In this document: in pieces, positions 10,411 through 18,578 of the stretch
Position numbering within the stretch: position 1 is the first letter of the stretch
Layout: every line of letters starts with the position of its first letter
DNA from: an uncultured cyanobacterium
Lineage (GTDB): Bacteria; Cyanobacteriota; Vampirovibrionia; Vampirovibrionales; JAGQHJ01
Assembly (NCBI GenBank): GCA_937922745.1
Contig: CALAJO010000033.1
Span: 2,250-66,249, forward strand
Direction: 5' to 3'
Length of the DNA: 64,000 nt
Program-made: the position numbers and the translations under genes
Notes under the pieces: model-generated
What the model saw: the letters and a program-made list of their open reading frames with translations, nothing else
Told to the model about the DNA's origin: nothing
Database searches by the model: none

Positions 10411-11532
10411 ATGAAGTATGCAAAAAACGACCCTCAAACCACCAAAAGTGAGTACAAAGTGAGTAGTTTTTCAGGGGGTTTTTTGACCGTTTCCGAGGTT
10501 GCCCAGATCTTGGGGAAGACCCGGAAAACGATTACAGAGTGGTGTAAGAGCGGTAAGCTCATGGCGACTCCCAAAGAGTATGGTGGAGCAACCGCCTATC
10601 AGGTTCACCAACAAGCTGTTGAAGTGTACCTTCAGGGCCAAGCTGCCTTGGAGGAAATGAAACGCCGAAAAAAACAGATAGGTGTGGCGGACCATCGACC
10701 CTATATGGAAGGCTGGAAGAAGGCGGCTTCCGCTGGGCTCATTGGGAAAAGAGCCTACAGTAAGAACACTCTGAATGCCTATGAGTACAACATGAACCGG
10801 TACTTTGAGAAGTACGAGCTGGTGACCTTCAAGAACATCAAGGCAGAACTAGCAGAGTGGCCAAATCATCCGGCAAAACGACGGCTGTTTTACCGTGCCG
10901 TGATTTCCTATGCCAAGTATCTGATTATGGAAGAGGCATTGGACCCGGAGTTTTTGGAGAAAGCTATGGATAAAGAGTTTGCTCCAAAAGAAAACCCGAA
11001 TCCAAAACAGCATGTTGTCTCCGAGGATGACCTGTTCAAGCTGGTAGCGGCCTGTAAGAATCGGACGGATAGAGCCATCATTATGTTGTTGGCCAGTACC
11101 GGAATGCGGGCCAGTGAGCTGTGTGGTTTGACCCTAGAAGATATTGACCTGGAGAAACAAGAACTGAAGATTCGTCAGGCCAAGTGGGATAAGGCAAGAC
11201 CTCTGGGGTTCAATAAGGAAACTGCCATTGCCGTTCAAAGCTACCTATTGCATGAGCGGCCACAAACGCCTTTGCCGTATCTGTTTTTGAACCGGCATAA
11301 GAAACAAATGAGCCGGAGTGGTTTATTCCAAAGGGTTCAACGGATGGCCAAGGATGCCGGAATATATGCCTTTCCCCATGCCCTTCGGAGCCGGTTTGTA
11401 ACTCACAACCTAACAATGGGACGAAACCCAGAGGATGTACAGAAGGCGTGTGGGCACTCCAGCATCACTACGACCATTCGATACAACCGTCGGAAGACTC
11501 AGGAAATGGTGGACTCTATGAAAAATTGGTGA
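10411..11532 (+). CDS. Tyrosine integrase with N-terminal excisionase-type HTH domain (Int1)
   Basis: RBS AGGAGA before the ATG. HTH is LTVSEVAQILGKTRKTITEWCKSGKL. Catalytic residues are present: STGMRASEL (Arg), HALRSRF (H-x-x-R), GHSSITTTIRY (His...Tyr). Confidence 0.9.
   Translation: MKYAKNDPQTTKSEYKVSSFSGGFLTVSEVAQILGKTRKTITEWCKSGKLMATPKEYGGATAYQVHQQAVEVYLQGQAALEEMKRRKKQIGVADHRPYMEGWKKAASAGLIGKRAYSKNTLNAYEYNMNRYFEKYELVTFKNIKAELAEWPNHPAKRRLFYRAVISYAKYLIMEEALDPEFLEKAMDKEFAPKENPNPKQHVVSEDDLFKLVAACKNRTDRAIIMLLASTGMRASELCGLTLEDIDLEKQELKIRQAKWDKARPLGFNKETAIAVQSYLLHERPQTPLPYLFLNRHKKQMSRSGLFQRVQRMAKDAGIYAFPHALRSRFVTHNLTMGRNPEDVQKACGHSSITTTIRYNRRKTQEMVDSMKNW
10446..10467 (+). repeat. Tandem 11-bp repeat AAGTGAGTACA-AAGTGAGTAGT (site A), candidate integrase arm-type site
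   Basis: It has the same two-unit architecture as sites at 33481-33502 and 52880-52901. It lies ~135 bp from the attL core, inside the 5' end of int1. Confidence 0.5.
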
Positions 11533-12406
11533 AGCTGGTTTTCATGGCCTCAATGACCTCCTCTTCAGAAGTTTGGCAGTAGGACCGGGTAGTGGTAATC
11601 TCCCGATGCCCACAGGCAATCTGAAGATAAACCAGGGGAACTCCGTTACGGACATTGATGGTCACAAAAGCCCGTCTCAAGGCGTGGGGTGAAACTGTTA
11701 CATTCACCCTACGCCCTAATTTTTGGAGCCGCTGGTAAAGTCCACTACGGCACAATGGCTTTCTTAAAGAGTTCTGGAGGAGAATATCGCTTGGCTTCAT
11801 GTGAGGACGAACTTTCAGGTAGTTCTCCAAAGCCAGCATCAGCCCATCACCGATACCCACTTTGCGTTCTTTACCCCACTTCCCACACCGGACCTTGAGG
11901 CGTCGGTCTTCAAAGTCGATGTCCTCCAATCTGAGGTCACAAGCTTCTGAGGCTCGCAAGCCCGTGGAGGCCAAGAGAATCATCAGCAACCGATCCAGAG
12001 GGTTCTTACAGGCTCCAATGAGTCTTTGGACATCCCCTTCCTTCACCGATAGTCGTTTGGGTGGCTTGTGAGGCTTTGGCTTGATACTTTTGGCCTTCTC
12101 CAAGAAGGAGGGATGAAGAGTCCCTTCTTGAACCAGGAACTTCCCAAAGCAGATTATGGCCCGATGGACCGATTTCCGTTTGGCAAACTGATCCGCCTTG
12201 ATGGAGGCCAGCTCTGTCTTAAGGTTCTCAAACGAAACCTGCCCATATCGCTCCAGGAAGAGGGTAACGTAGTAGCAATACTGGTTGTAAGTATGCCTAC
12301 TAAAAGGACGACCGGTCATCAAACCGGTCGCCATCGCTTTCTGCCAATCTTCAAAGTAGTCCGAATGTTTTCGGAACAGCTTGAAATTTTGCATAAATGA
12401 CTCCAT
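11516..12406 (-). CDS. Tyrosine recombinase, paralogue of Int1 without the HTH domain (Int2)
   Basis: ASTGLRASEA, HALRRAFVT and GHREITTTRSY are present. It aligns by eye with Int1 over the core-binding and catalytic domains. The 3' ends of the two genes overlap by 17 bp. Confidence 0.85.
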   Translation of the reverse strand: MESFMQNFKLFRKHSDYFEDWQKAMATGLMTGRPFSRHTYNQYCYYVTLFLERYGQVSFENLKTELASIKADQFAKRKSVHRAIICFGKFLVQEGTLHPSFLEKAKSIKPKPHKPPKRLSVKEGDVQRLIGACKNPLDRLLMILLASTGLRASEACDLRLEDIDFEDRRLKVRCGKWGKERKVGIGDGLMLALENYLKVRPHMKPSDILLQNSLRKPLCRSGLYQRLQKLGRRVNVTVSPHALRRAFVTINVRNGVPLVYLQIACGHREITTTRSYCQTSEEEVIEAMKTSFTNFS

Positions 12407-12480
12407 ATAATGTTTTTTAAGTAATATAAGTTAAAGCTGATATGAGGATTTATCTGGCCCAGTAAAGCCGTTTATGGTAC

Positions 12481-12864
12481 ATGTCACTTAGTAAAGCTAT
12501 TATTGGAATTTGTGACATGCCAATCACTGATGATTCAAAGGCTAAGTTGAAAAATCGCCTTGTTAAAGCAATGGGTCATCTCAATGCTGTTCACCGAATG
12601 GTGGATGAAAAGCGCTACTGTATTGATGTTTTGCACCAGCTTAAAGCTGTGCAGGCAGCTTTAGATAAGGTGTCAGAGGAGATTTTGAAGCAGCACCTGG
12701 AGACCTGCGTTGTCGATGCCGTAAGAAACCAGGATGAACGTCGGGTTATAGATGAACTGGTACAAGTCTTTCGGCGGGCACCCCAACTTGATGTTTCGGT
12801 TGAAGATTTGAATATGATTTTCTATCAGAAGGAATGTTGCCATTCATCCCCACCGGGGGGTTAG
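12481..12864 (+). CDS. CsoR/RcnR-family metal-sensing transcriptional repressor with a C-terminal ECCH extension
   Basis: LKNRLVKAMGHLNAVHRMVDEKRYCIDVLHQLKAVQAALDKVSEEILKQHLETCV carries the C...H-x3-C ligand pattern of Cu(I)-sensing CsoR. An alternative start is at 12517. Confidence 0.8.
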   Translation: MSLSKAIIGICDMPITDDSKAKLKNRLVKAMGHLNAVHRMVDEKRYCIDVLHQLKAVQAALDKVSEEILKQHLETCVVDAVRNQDERRVIDELVQVFRRAPQLDVSVEDLNMIFYQKECCHSSPPGG

Positions 12865-13026
12865 CTTACTTGTCGGTTTTATTTCGGCTAGTGTAAGAAA
12901 ACTGGGAATAATCCTGAGAGGTACTTAACGTGTTTTGTGCTATTCACTGCCTAATCTGTCAGATGATGCCTGTATCTATTCCATTGCTCCTGGCTGTTAC
13001 GGGCTTTGTTTCTGCAAGACATTGTA

Positions 13027-14094
13027 ATGGTTGTTTCAGAAACCATGGCAAACGATTTTCAGTTAAGTAGCCCAGGCTACCAAGCCGAACTGAAAGCATT
13101 GCAAGATGCTGAAAAAGGCTTGGTATTCCAGTATCAGTGCAGGTTGTTTTCAGATTTTTTCCGTTCAGTATGGTTTAGAAATCCTTATACAATCCGAAGC
13201 CTGCCGGAAACAATACACAAACTTCGATTTTCATTCAAGTTTTCAGATCTACAACAAAGAAGAGCCTTGTTTAATTATCAAGCCAGTAAGGGAATGCCTC
13301 TATCCGAGAGTTTTATGGACAGCTTTCTTCCTTACCGGGCAGGCATCCGTTACAGCCCGGAATTCATGAAAGTTTATGAAAGCTATTTGGAAAGATTATC
13401 CAGGCAATTTCTGTTTTTCAAGGTGACGTACTATCCTCATTGTTGCGAGAAAGTCCCCCTTACAGACTGGTCTTCTATTCACCTATTTTGTGCCCAAGTC
13501 CTGGAAGTTTTTCGAAACCGACTTGATCTGGTGGACAGGCTACTCACGCAATGCCCGCATGGCTTTCACATTCAGTTCTGTACACAGACCTTGCGAACCT
13601 ACTTTGATCCGGGTTATATCCAAATCAACCCGATCGTTTTATGGGGAGAAACAACTTCTGAACAATCCCCAGGGGTGACTCACGCCATGTTGCACTTGTT
13701 AAGCCAAGGGCAGGATGGCAAGCAAACGGATTTTCTTCCTGATATGACGGATGCACAGCGCCATACAATTCGAGCGTTGAAAACACGTCTTGAACAACAG
13801 TTTGCAAAACAAGATACAGGTATCATGAGTGTTTTTCGAACGCTATTGACAAACAACACAACGATTGGCTTTAACGGGTATGCGTTCTTGGACCAGCAAG
13901 CTGAGTTTTTGACTACAGCAATTGAAAACTGTCTGAAACAACCAGAAGCAGTTCAGCAGACCGAAGCAGGTAAAACCGTATTGGATTTCTTTAGCGGGTA
14001 TTTCCGATGGGAGGAGCATGCTATCCGCAACGAAGAAAAATCGAGTTTTCATGAAGTTGGATTTTGTGATAAACTGACCCCATTAGTAAAATAA
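13027..14094 (+). CDS. Hypothetical Cys/His-rich protein (contains HCCEK)
   Basis: 362-aa ORF in the track (TTG 13006), with the first ATG at 13027. No family recognised. Contains YYPHCCEKV, CPHGFHIQFC and THAMLH. Confidence 0.5.
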   Translation: MVVSETMANDFQLSSPGYQAELKALQDAEKGLVFQYQCRLFSDFFRSVWFRNPYTIRSLPETIHKLRFSFKFSDLQQRRALFNYQASKGMPLSESFMDSFLPYRAGIRYSPEFMKVYESYLERLSRQFLFFKVTYYPHCCEKVPLTDWSSIHLFCAQVLEVFRNRLDLVDRLLTQCPHGFHIQFCTQTLRTYFDPGYIQINPIVLWGETTSEQSPGVTHAMLHLLSQGQDGKQTDFLPDMTDAQRHTIRALKTRLEQQFAKQDTGIMSVFRTLLTNNTTIGFNGYAFLDQQAEFLTTAIENCLKQPEAVQQTEAGKTVLDFFSGYFRWEEHAIRNEEKSSFHEVGFCDKLTPLVK

Positions 14095-14115
14095 ACAGAC
14101 AAGAGAGGTGATTCG

Positions 14116-14292
14116 ATGAAACTCCAATTCTCAGGCGCTATTCAGCAAGCTCAACAAGCGCTAGCTGGCTTTGTGAAACAGGCTCCTGCTAATACTTCAC
14201 AGAATCAGGGAGCCAATTTGCATTTCAACGGAATCAAGGCAAAACCTCAACTGAAGGCAGATGCTGTCCGATTTGGCGGTTGTTGCGGATAA
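14116..14292 (+). CDS. Small protein (58 aa) ending in ...VRFGGCCG
   Basis: Own translation: MKLQFSGAIQQAQQALAGFVKQAPANTSQNQGANLHFNGIKAKPQLKADAVRFGGCCG. RBS is AGAGAGGTGATTCG. It is below the ORF-track size cutoff and a terminator follows. Confidence 0.4.
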   Translation: MKLQFSGAIQQAQQALAGFVKQAPANTSQNQGANLHFNGIKAKPQLKADAVRFGGCCG

Positions 14293-14314
14293 GTTATCCA
14301 GGAACCCTATTAAC

Positions 14315-14346
14315 AAAAAAGGGACGCTGTTTAGTGTCCCTTTTTT
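14315..14346. terminator. Bidirectional intrinsic terminator between convergent cargo units
   Basis: The hairpin AAAAAAGGGAC-GCTGTTTAGT-GTCCCTTTTTT serves the plus-strand 58-aa gene. It also serves the minus-strand 87-aa gene, whose stop lies in the loop. Confidence 0.6.
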
Positions 14347-14594
14347 CCTTTTTGCTGAACCTTTTCCCGCCCTTGGCTTGTTGCAAAGAACCGGGGAGGT
14401 GGCCCTCCTTGTACTTGAGCATCGCCTGTTTCTTGTAGTTGAGACACGTCTCGAATAAATTCGTCCATTTCTATTTGACCTGGATAAGACTGCCGGGCTT
14501 GATAGAAGGTAATTGCACCAGGTTGACTCGCCAATGTTTGTAAGGTTTTGTCGACTTGGCCAAAGTGAATTGATTGAACAGCTTTGATATTCAT
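14331..14594 (-). CDS. Small hypothetical protein (87 aa, N-terminal SIHFG motif)
   Basis: ATGA start/stop overlap with the upstream 113-aa gene. Begins MNIKAVQSIHFGQ... Confidence 0.45.
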   Translation of the reverse strand: MNIKAVQSIHFGQVDKTLQTLASQPGAITFYQARQSYPGQIEMDEFIRDVSQLQETGDAQVQGGPPPRFFATSQGREKVQQKGKKGH

Positions 14595-14932
14595 GAGTTA
14601 CTTCCGTCCTGTTTTCTCTTTTTTCGTCTCTCAGTAAGGCAAGCCATTTCACCGCCATTGTTAGAAGAAGGGGATCTTTTACCGCCACCGTTACCACCTT
14701 CACAGCAACTATGCCCAATGGGTGCGGGAGAAACTGGAGCTGAGGTATTTAAGAAAGCTTTAGCTGGTGAAGCAAACATTAGAACTACTCCCATGAGCAT
14801 GACGGAAAAAACGGTGCGTATAGGCTTATGTGTTTTGGAAGTGCTTCCTGTAAAATGAATATTCGAAGAAATCGTTCTCGTTGGTGAAGCAAAGGTTTGA
14901 GTCTTTAAAAAAGAATGTTTGGTAACTCTCAT
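14591..14932 (-). CDS. Small membrane-anchored protein (113 aa) with SCCEGGNGGG motif
   Basis: ATG start, one hydrophobic helix (VFSVMLMGVVLMFA), then PIGHSCCEGGNGGG. The N-terminal part contains NIHFTG. Confidence 0.5.
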   Translation of the reverse strand: MRVTKHSFLKTQTFASPTRTISSNIHFTGSTSKTHKPIRTVFSVMLMGVVLMFASPAKAFLNTSAPVSPAPIGHSCCEGGNGGGKRSPSSNNGGEMACLTERRKKRKQDGSNS

Positions 14933-15005
14933 TAATCTTTCTCTTCATACCTGTATAACTACATTGTCTGAGACTATCGTAAACTATCCAAGTTGATTGG
15001 AAAGC

Positions 15006-15024
15006 TAACCCCTGGGTAGGGATA
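15006..15024. promoter_or_regulatory. Candidate CsoR-type operator (TAACCCCTGGGTAGGGATA)
   Basis: GC-rich pseudo-palindrome; its reverse complement TATCCCTACCCAGGGGTTA has the TATCCCT-N5-GGGGWTA pattern. It is 74 bp upstream of the 113-aa gene and is a near copy of 16759-16777. It resembles known CsoR boxes (TACCC..GGGTA type). Confidence 0.45.
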
Positions 15025-15066
15025 CTATTTTAGAAATACGGTAGTATAAACCCAATAAAACTAACC

Positions 15067-15471
15067 CTAATCCGACTTAGAGGCGGTAAAGATACGCTTT
15101 AAATCTTTCCAAAACCCAGTAAAGAGATGTTTAAACCAGTCGATGACTGATCGGAGCCAGCTTTTTTGGGGTTGGGTAGATTGGGTTTTGGGGCTTGCTT
15201 TAGAGGTTTTGTCAATCGTACAGGAATCTCCTTTGCAAACCGGCTCGATAGGAGAAGTTTCCATAATTTTGGCATTGGGTTCAGACATTCCTGCACAGCA
15301 CCCCTTGCCGGGGTTGAGATAAAAATTTCGGCAGCAAGGTGGTAAGGTTTCCCAAGCTTTCTTGAACTTGGCTGGCACATGTTCCGGTGGAGGAGGGATC
15401 TCTTCCTTGCCAAAGCGAACGTTAGAATTTTTCGAAGCAATAGCAGACGAAAATATTACACTATGAGGCAT
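15067..15471 (-). CDS. Cys-rich small protein (134 aa; PPCCRN and KGCCAG motifs)
   Basis: ATG start overlapping the upstream gene by 11 nt. Two vicinal Cys pairs plus CKGDSC. The N-terminus contains NVRFG. Confidence 0.5.
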   Translation of the reverse strand: MPHSVIFSSAIASKNSNVRFGKEEIPPPPEHVPAKFKKAWETLPPCCRNFYLNPGKGCCAGMSEPNAKIMETSPIEPVCKGDSCTIDKTSKASPKTQSTQPQKSWLRSVIDWFKHLFTGFWKDLKRIFTASKSD

Positions 15472-16432
15472 TGTTGGATGCCCCCGTATTATTGCCGAAA
15501 TGAGCCTTTATCCAGTTGCCAAAACCTCCCACAATATCTCCCAGGAGGCTGATACATATTACATTTCCACAGCCACAGTTTGCACCGACTATCATTGAAC
15601 CAAACATGACATTTTTCCCTTGTTTTGCCGTTGCCTGCGCCGCCTTTCCCAAAATACCCCATCGCCCTATGGCGTTAACCACTTTGGGGAACACCAGGAT
15701 ACTTGCCAATGTAAACCCAGTGGATACGATGATTTTAGTTACCAATTTTGGAATTTTGGCCTCTTCTTCCAAAGGAGAAGCGATTTTTTGATCCACATAA
15801 TTTGCAGCAGAAACCACACCAGCAACCAACGGTGCCATGATTCCTAATTCAATAAAATACCGCTTAGAGAAGCCAACCATTAATGCGTGGATTACCCCAA
15901 CCGTTTCCATTGCCTGGAGCCATACGGGGGGTTTCCAATCCATTCCTTTATTTAACTGATTGACAGCCAGAATGCCAGTCGCCACTCTCAGATAGGCTTT
16001 CCAGTCCGTAGGTAACAAGGAACGTCCCGGAAGTGTACGGACAGGCAATTGATGCGTCAACATACCAATTGTGAATAGCATGGCAGCCTCAGCCAGATAA
16101 CGCCACCGCATACTACTTTGATGTGTCGGTAAGGTGCAGTGTTTTTCAGAGCAAGACTCTTTCTTAATCTGGGCAATAGGCCGATAAGAAGAGTGCACCT
16201 TAAGGCCAGTATGGTTTTGCGTATTTATGCTGGAAATACCGACTTTAGCTGTGGGCTTTGGCTGTGATATAGAGGGGTAGAAGGTCTCGAATCTGGGTTG
16301 CGACAAAGTTGTATATGGAAGAGCGGCTTGAAGTTGATTGTTAGCAGGCATAGCAAAAGAACCTGGGTTAGTATACCAGCCAGGATAAGCAGAATAGGAC
16401 TGTGCAAATGCACTAAAGGGTGCTGCGCTCAT
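15461..16432 (-). CDS. Polytopic membrane protein (hypothetical; C-terminal CGCG and AHFG motifs)
   Basis: Start moved to the ATG at 16432, preceded by GAGGAGGAAAG. Several hydrophobic helices are visible (LAEAAMLFTIGML, VATGILAV, METVGVIHALMVGF, LGIMAPLVAGVV, IIVSTGFTLASILVF, MFGSMIVGANCGCGNVICISLLGDIVGG). Confidence 0.6.
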   Translation of the reverse strand: MSAAPFSAFAQSYSAYPGWYTNPGSFAMPANNQLQAALPYTTLSQPRFETFYPSISQPKPTAKVGISSINTQNHTGLKVHSSYRPIAQIKKESCSEKHCTLPTHQSSMRWRYLAEAAMLFTIGMLTHQLPVRTLPGRSLLPTDWKAYLRVATGILAVNQLNKGMDWKPPVWLQAMETVGVIHALMVGFSKRYFIELGIMAPLVAGVVSAANYVDQKIASPLEEEAKIPKLVTKIIVSTGFTLASILVFPKVVNAIGRWGILGKAAQATAKQGKNVMFGSMIVGANCGCGNVICISLLGDIVGGFGNWIKAHFGNNTGASNNAS

Positions 16433-16697
16433 CTGGCTTTCCTCCTCTCTTATCCTCTTGTAGCAAGTTTGTTTGATCAACAGCCTTCGGTTTTCTCCTA
16501 AGCTTGGATAATACCCAAGTTACTCCAACCCCGACTGTTCCGCTTCCCGCAAGCATCATTAGAATCTCCAAAATGGAATGCGCTTCGTTGTGATGACCAA
16601 ATCGGGGTAGCTGGTGACGGGTAGGCACTATATGAGAGCTTTTCTTGGGAAAAGCAAGCCTCTCATCAGAATGTAAAGACAAAGATTGTACTATCAT
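16413..16697 (-). CDS. Small membrane protein (94 aa, RFGHHNEAH motif)
   Basis: ATG start with one TM helix (ILEILMMLAGSGTVGVGVTWVL). It is the first gene of the unit behind the 16759-16777 operator. Confidence 0.4.
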   Translation of the reverse strand: MIVQSLSLHSDERLAFPKKSSHIVPTRHQLPRFGHHNEAHSILEILMMLAGSGTVGVGVTWVLSKLRRKPKAVDQTNLLQEDKRGGKPDERSTL

Positions 16698-16758
16698 CTG
16701 GTACTCTTGGATTAATGTAATAACTTCTATGTTAGTCGTTCAAAGAAATTCCAAAAGC

Positions 16759-16777
16759 TATCCCTGGGGTGGGGATA
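16759..16777. promoter_or_regulatory. Candidate CsoR-type operator (TATCCCTGGGGTGGGGATA)
   Basis: The arms TATCCC/GGGATA are inverted repeats around a G-rich spacer. It is 62 bp upstream of the 94-aa gene, preceded by AAAGCTA as at 15001. Confidence 0.45.
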
Positions 16778-16826
16778 ACTGGCACATCTTTAACACACAT
16801 GTTATGTTTTACGGAAAAGTATCAGA

Positions 16827-18578
16827 TTAATCAAAATGAAAACCAAAAAGACCCCCATCTTCACGATCAGAAAGTTTAGTTTCTAATATATATTCTTCGA
16901 GATTAAATCCATCAGAAAGTCCATCTGATGGTAAATCATCGGAATTCATTGTAACAATATATTGAACACCCAGTTCTTGACACTTTTGGTGTCCTATTTC
17001 AAGGGCTTTGGCTTTCTGACGTTCATCGACACCATCAAAGAGATGGCTATCATGGATAAGAAAACCGGGGCCGGGATGATGCTTTTGTGTTAATTCAAGT
17101 AACATCATATCGAAGCAAAATATTTTCATATTGCTAATCCCCTTGCTTCTGGAGGAGTCTAGCTTTACATCAAAGTGGGGACCATTTTCAGTAGGATCAA
17201 TAATTAAACTTCCAGCCTTTTCATATAGAGCATTGGATAATCTCTCAAAAATCAGAATGGCTTCTTTTCTAATATCGTCACGCTCAATGTAATCGTCTTG
17301 AAGCTGACGAGAAAGCTGTGCCCGTTCTATTTTTAGCGTGGTGGAGTCACGTTCAACCTGTTCTGCCACTTTTAATTTTTCGCTTAAGTGCTCAGCTTCG
17401 CCTCTTAGTCTGCTAAATTCCTCTTGAAGTTTCGTAAAATGGTCCAAAGCACCACCAGAACGTAATATCTGCATAATCTCGGATCTTCTTTTGTCCAGGG
17501 CAGCCTTTTCTCGGTCCCGATCCGAGATTCTGGTATTTACAGAAGTTATTTCTGAGCGTAAGTGAGCTTTTCTATTGGAAACAATTTTTTCATGAAATTC
17601 TTTGACATCTTCAAACCGTCTTATAATTTGATCAGGTAGAATTATACCTGCTTCTTCGTATAGTTTTTCCAAACTGGTAAAAGCGGGTTCTTGTTCTTGC
17701 GTAAGGCTGTCTTGAAGTTTGGATAATAGTTCTCCGTCTAAAGTATTATCGCTTGATAACTTCCCAATTTCTTTTGTTAGTTTAGAAGCCTCTTTTTCAA
17801 GCTCCTTATATTCAGGAACCACTTGAAATGATTCCAACTGCTCATACAGACTTTTTACCTTATCTTCAACAATGGTTAGTCGAGTTTTCAAATCCGAGGA
17901 TGAACTTAAAACTTCAGGCATATTGCCGGATTTTACTATCTTTTTAAGTTCTTTTATTCCCTTTTCTTTATCCCTAATTTGTTGGAAAGCCTGTGCAATA
18001 GACCAGTCAAGGCCAATTAAATAAGATATGCAAACCTGCTCATCCCAGGCTTGAGGCGTTTGATTACAGGATGTTGGAGAGGAGAAGCCTCCATCATTCA
18101 CACGTCTTGCAAAATAAGGAAAAAGCTTTCTAAAAGTTGGTTTATATTTGGATTGATCCTCTGTTGCCAAAGGGAAGTCAAACATGTAATAACCAAGCAA
18201 CTGTTTCCAGTTGTCATTTGTGATGTTATATTCGGTTTTACCCTTGGTGGGTTTAATGGGCCAGTCAGAATAATCCTGATTCGACAGATAAACCTTGCCA
18301 GAGTTCTTTCCAGAACGGCTAACCTCAATGGCTTTTCCAGCTAAGTCAAATTCAAGTAAAAATCTATAATCTTCGAGTTTTTGGTGAGAAAAAATAGTGT
18401 CCTTAACATTTGATCCCAACAAGAAATGAATAAGTTCAACAAAACTGCTTTTACCTGCTCCGTTTCTCGATTGGCGATCTGTTGCCCCTTTACTCTTTTC
18501 TGCTAATAAAATATTCAGTCCAGGATTGAATATTAAGGTTTTAAATGACTCAAGGTCACTGGAAACTTTCATAATCAT
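16827..18578 (-). CDS. ABC-type ATPase with long coiled-coil insert (DUF2326/YydD-like), ATPase component of an ABC-3C-type system
   Basis: Walker A is SRNGAGKSSF near the N-terminus. A ~300-aa heptad-rich region rich in Glu/Lys/Leu follows. Walker B/D-loop is PGFLIHDSHLFDGVD near the C-terminus. Confidence 0.75.
   Translation of the reverse strand: MIMKVSSDLESFKTLIFNPGLNILLAEKSKGATDRQSRNGAGKSSFVELIHFLLGSNVKDTIFSHQKLEDYRFLLEFDLAGKAIEVSRSGKNSGKVYLSNQDYSDWPIKPTKGKTEYNITNDNWKQLLGYYMFDFPLATEDQSKYKPTFRKLFPYFARRVNDGGFSSPTSCNQTPQAWDEQVCISYLIGLDWSIAQAFQQIRDKEKGIKELKKIVKSGNMPEVLSSSSDLKTRLTIVEDKVKSLYEQLESFQVVPEYKELEKEASKLTKEIGKLSSDNTLDGELLSKLQDSLTQEQEPAFTSLEKLYEEAGIILPDQIIRRFEDVKEFHEKIVSNRKAHLRSEITSVNTRISDRDREKAALDKRRSEIMQILRSGGALDHFTKLQEEFSRLRGEAEHLSEKLKVAEQVERDSTTLKIERAQLSRQLQDDYIERDDIRKEAILIFERLSNALYEKAGSLIIDPTENGPHFDVKLDSSRSKGISNMKIFCFDMMLLELTQKHHPGPGFLIHDSHLFDGVDERQKAKALEIGHQKCQELGVQYIVTMNSDDLPSDGLSDGFNLEEYILETKLSDREDGGLFGFHFD

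Noticed and set aside
10252-10437. 61-aa ORF covering the tRNA 3' fragment, and similar ORFs at 52745-52978 and 52923-53141 covering tRNA sequences
   Set aside because: They read through tRNA or att sequence on the tRNA strand. They are explained by the tRNA genes and fragments.
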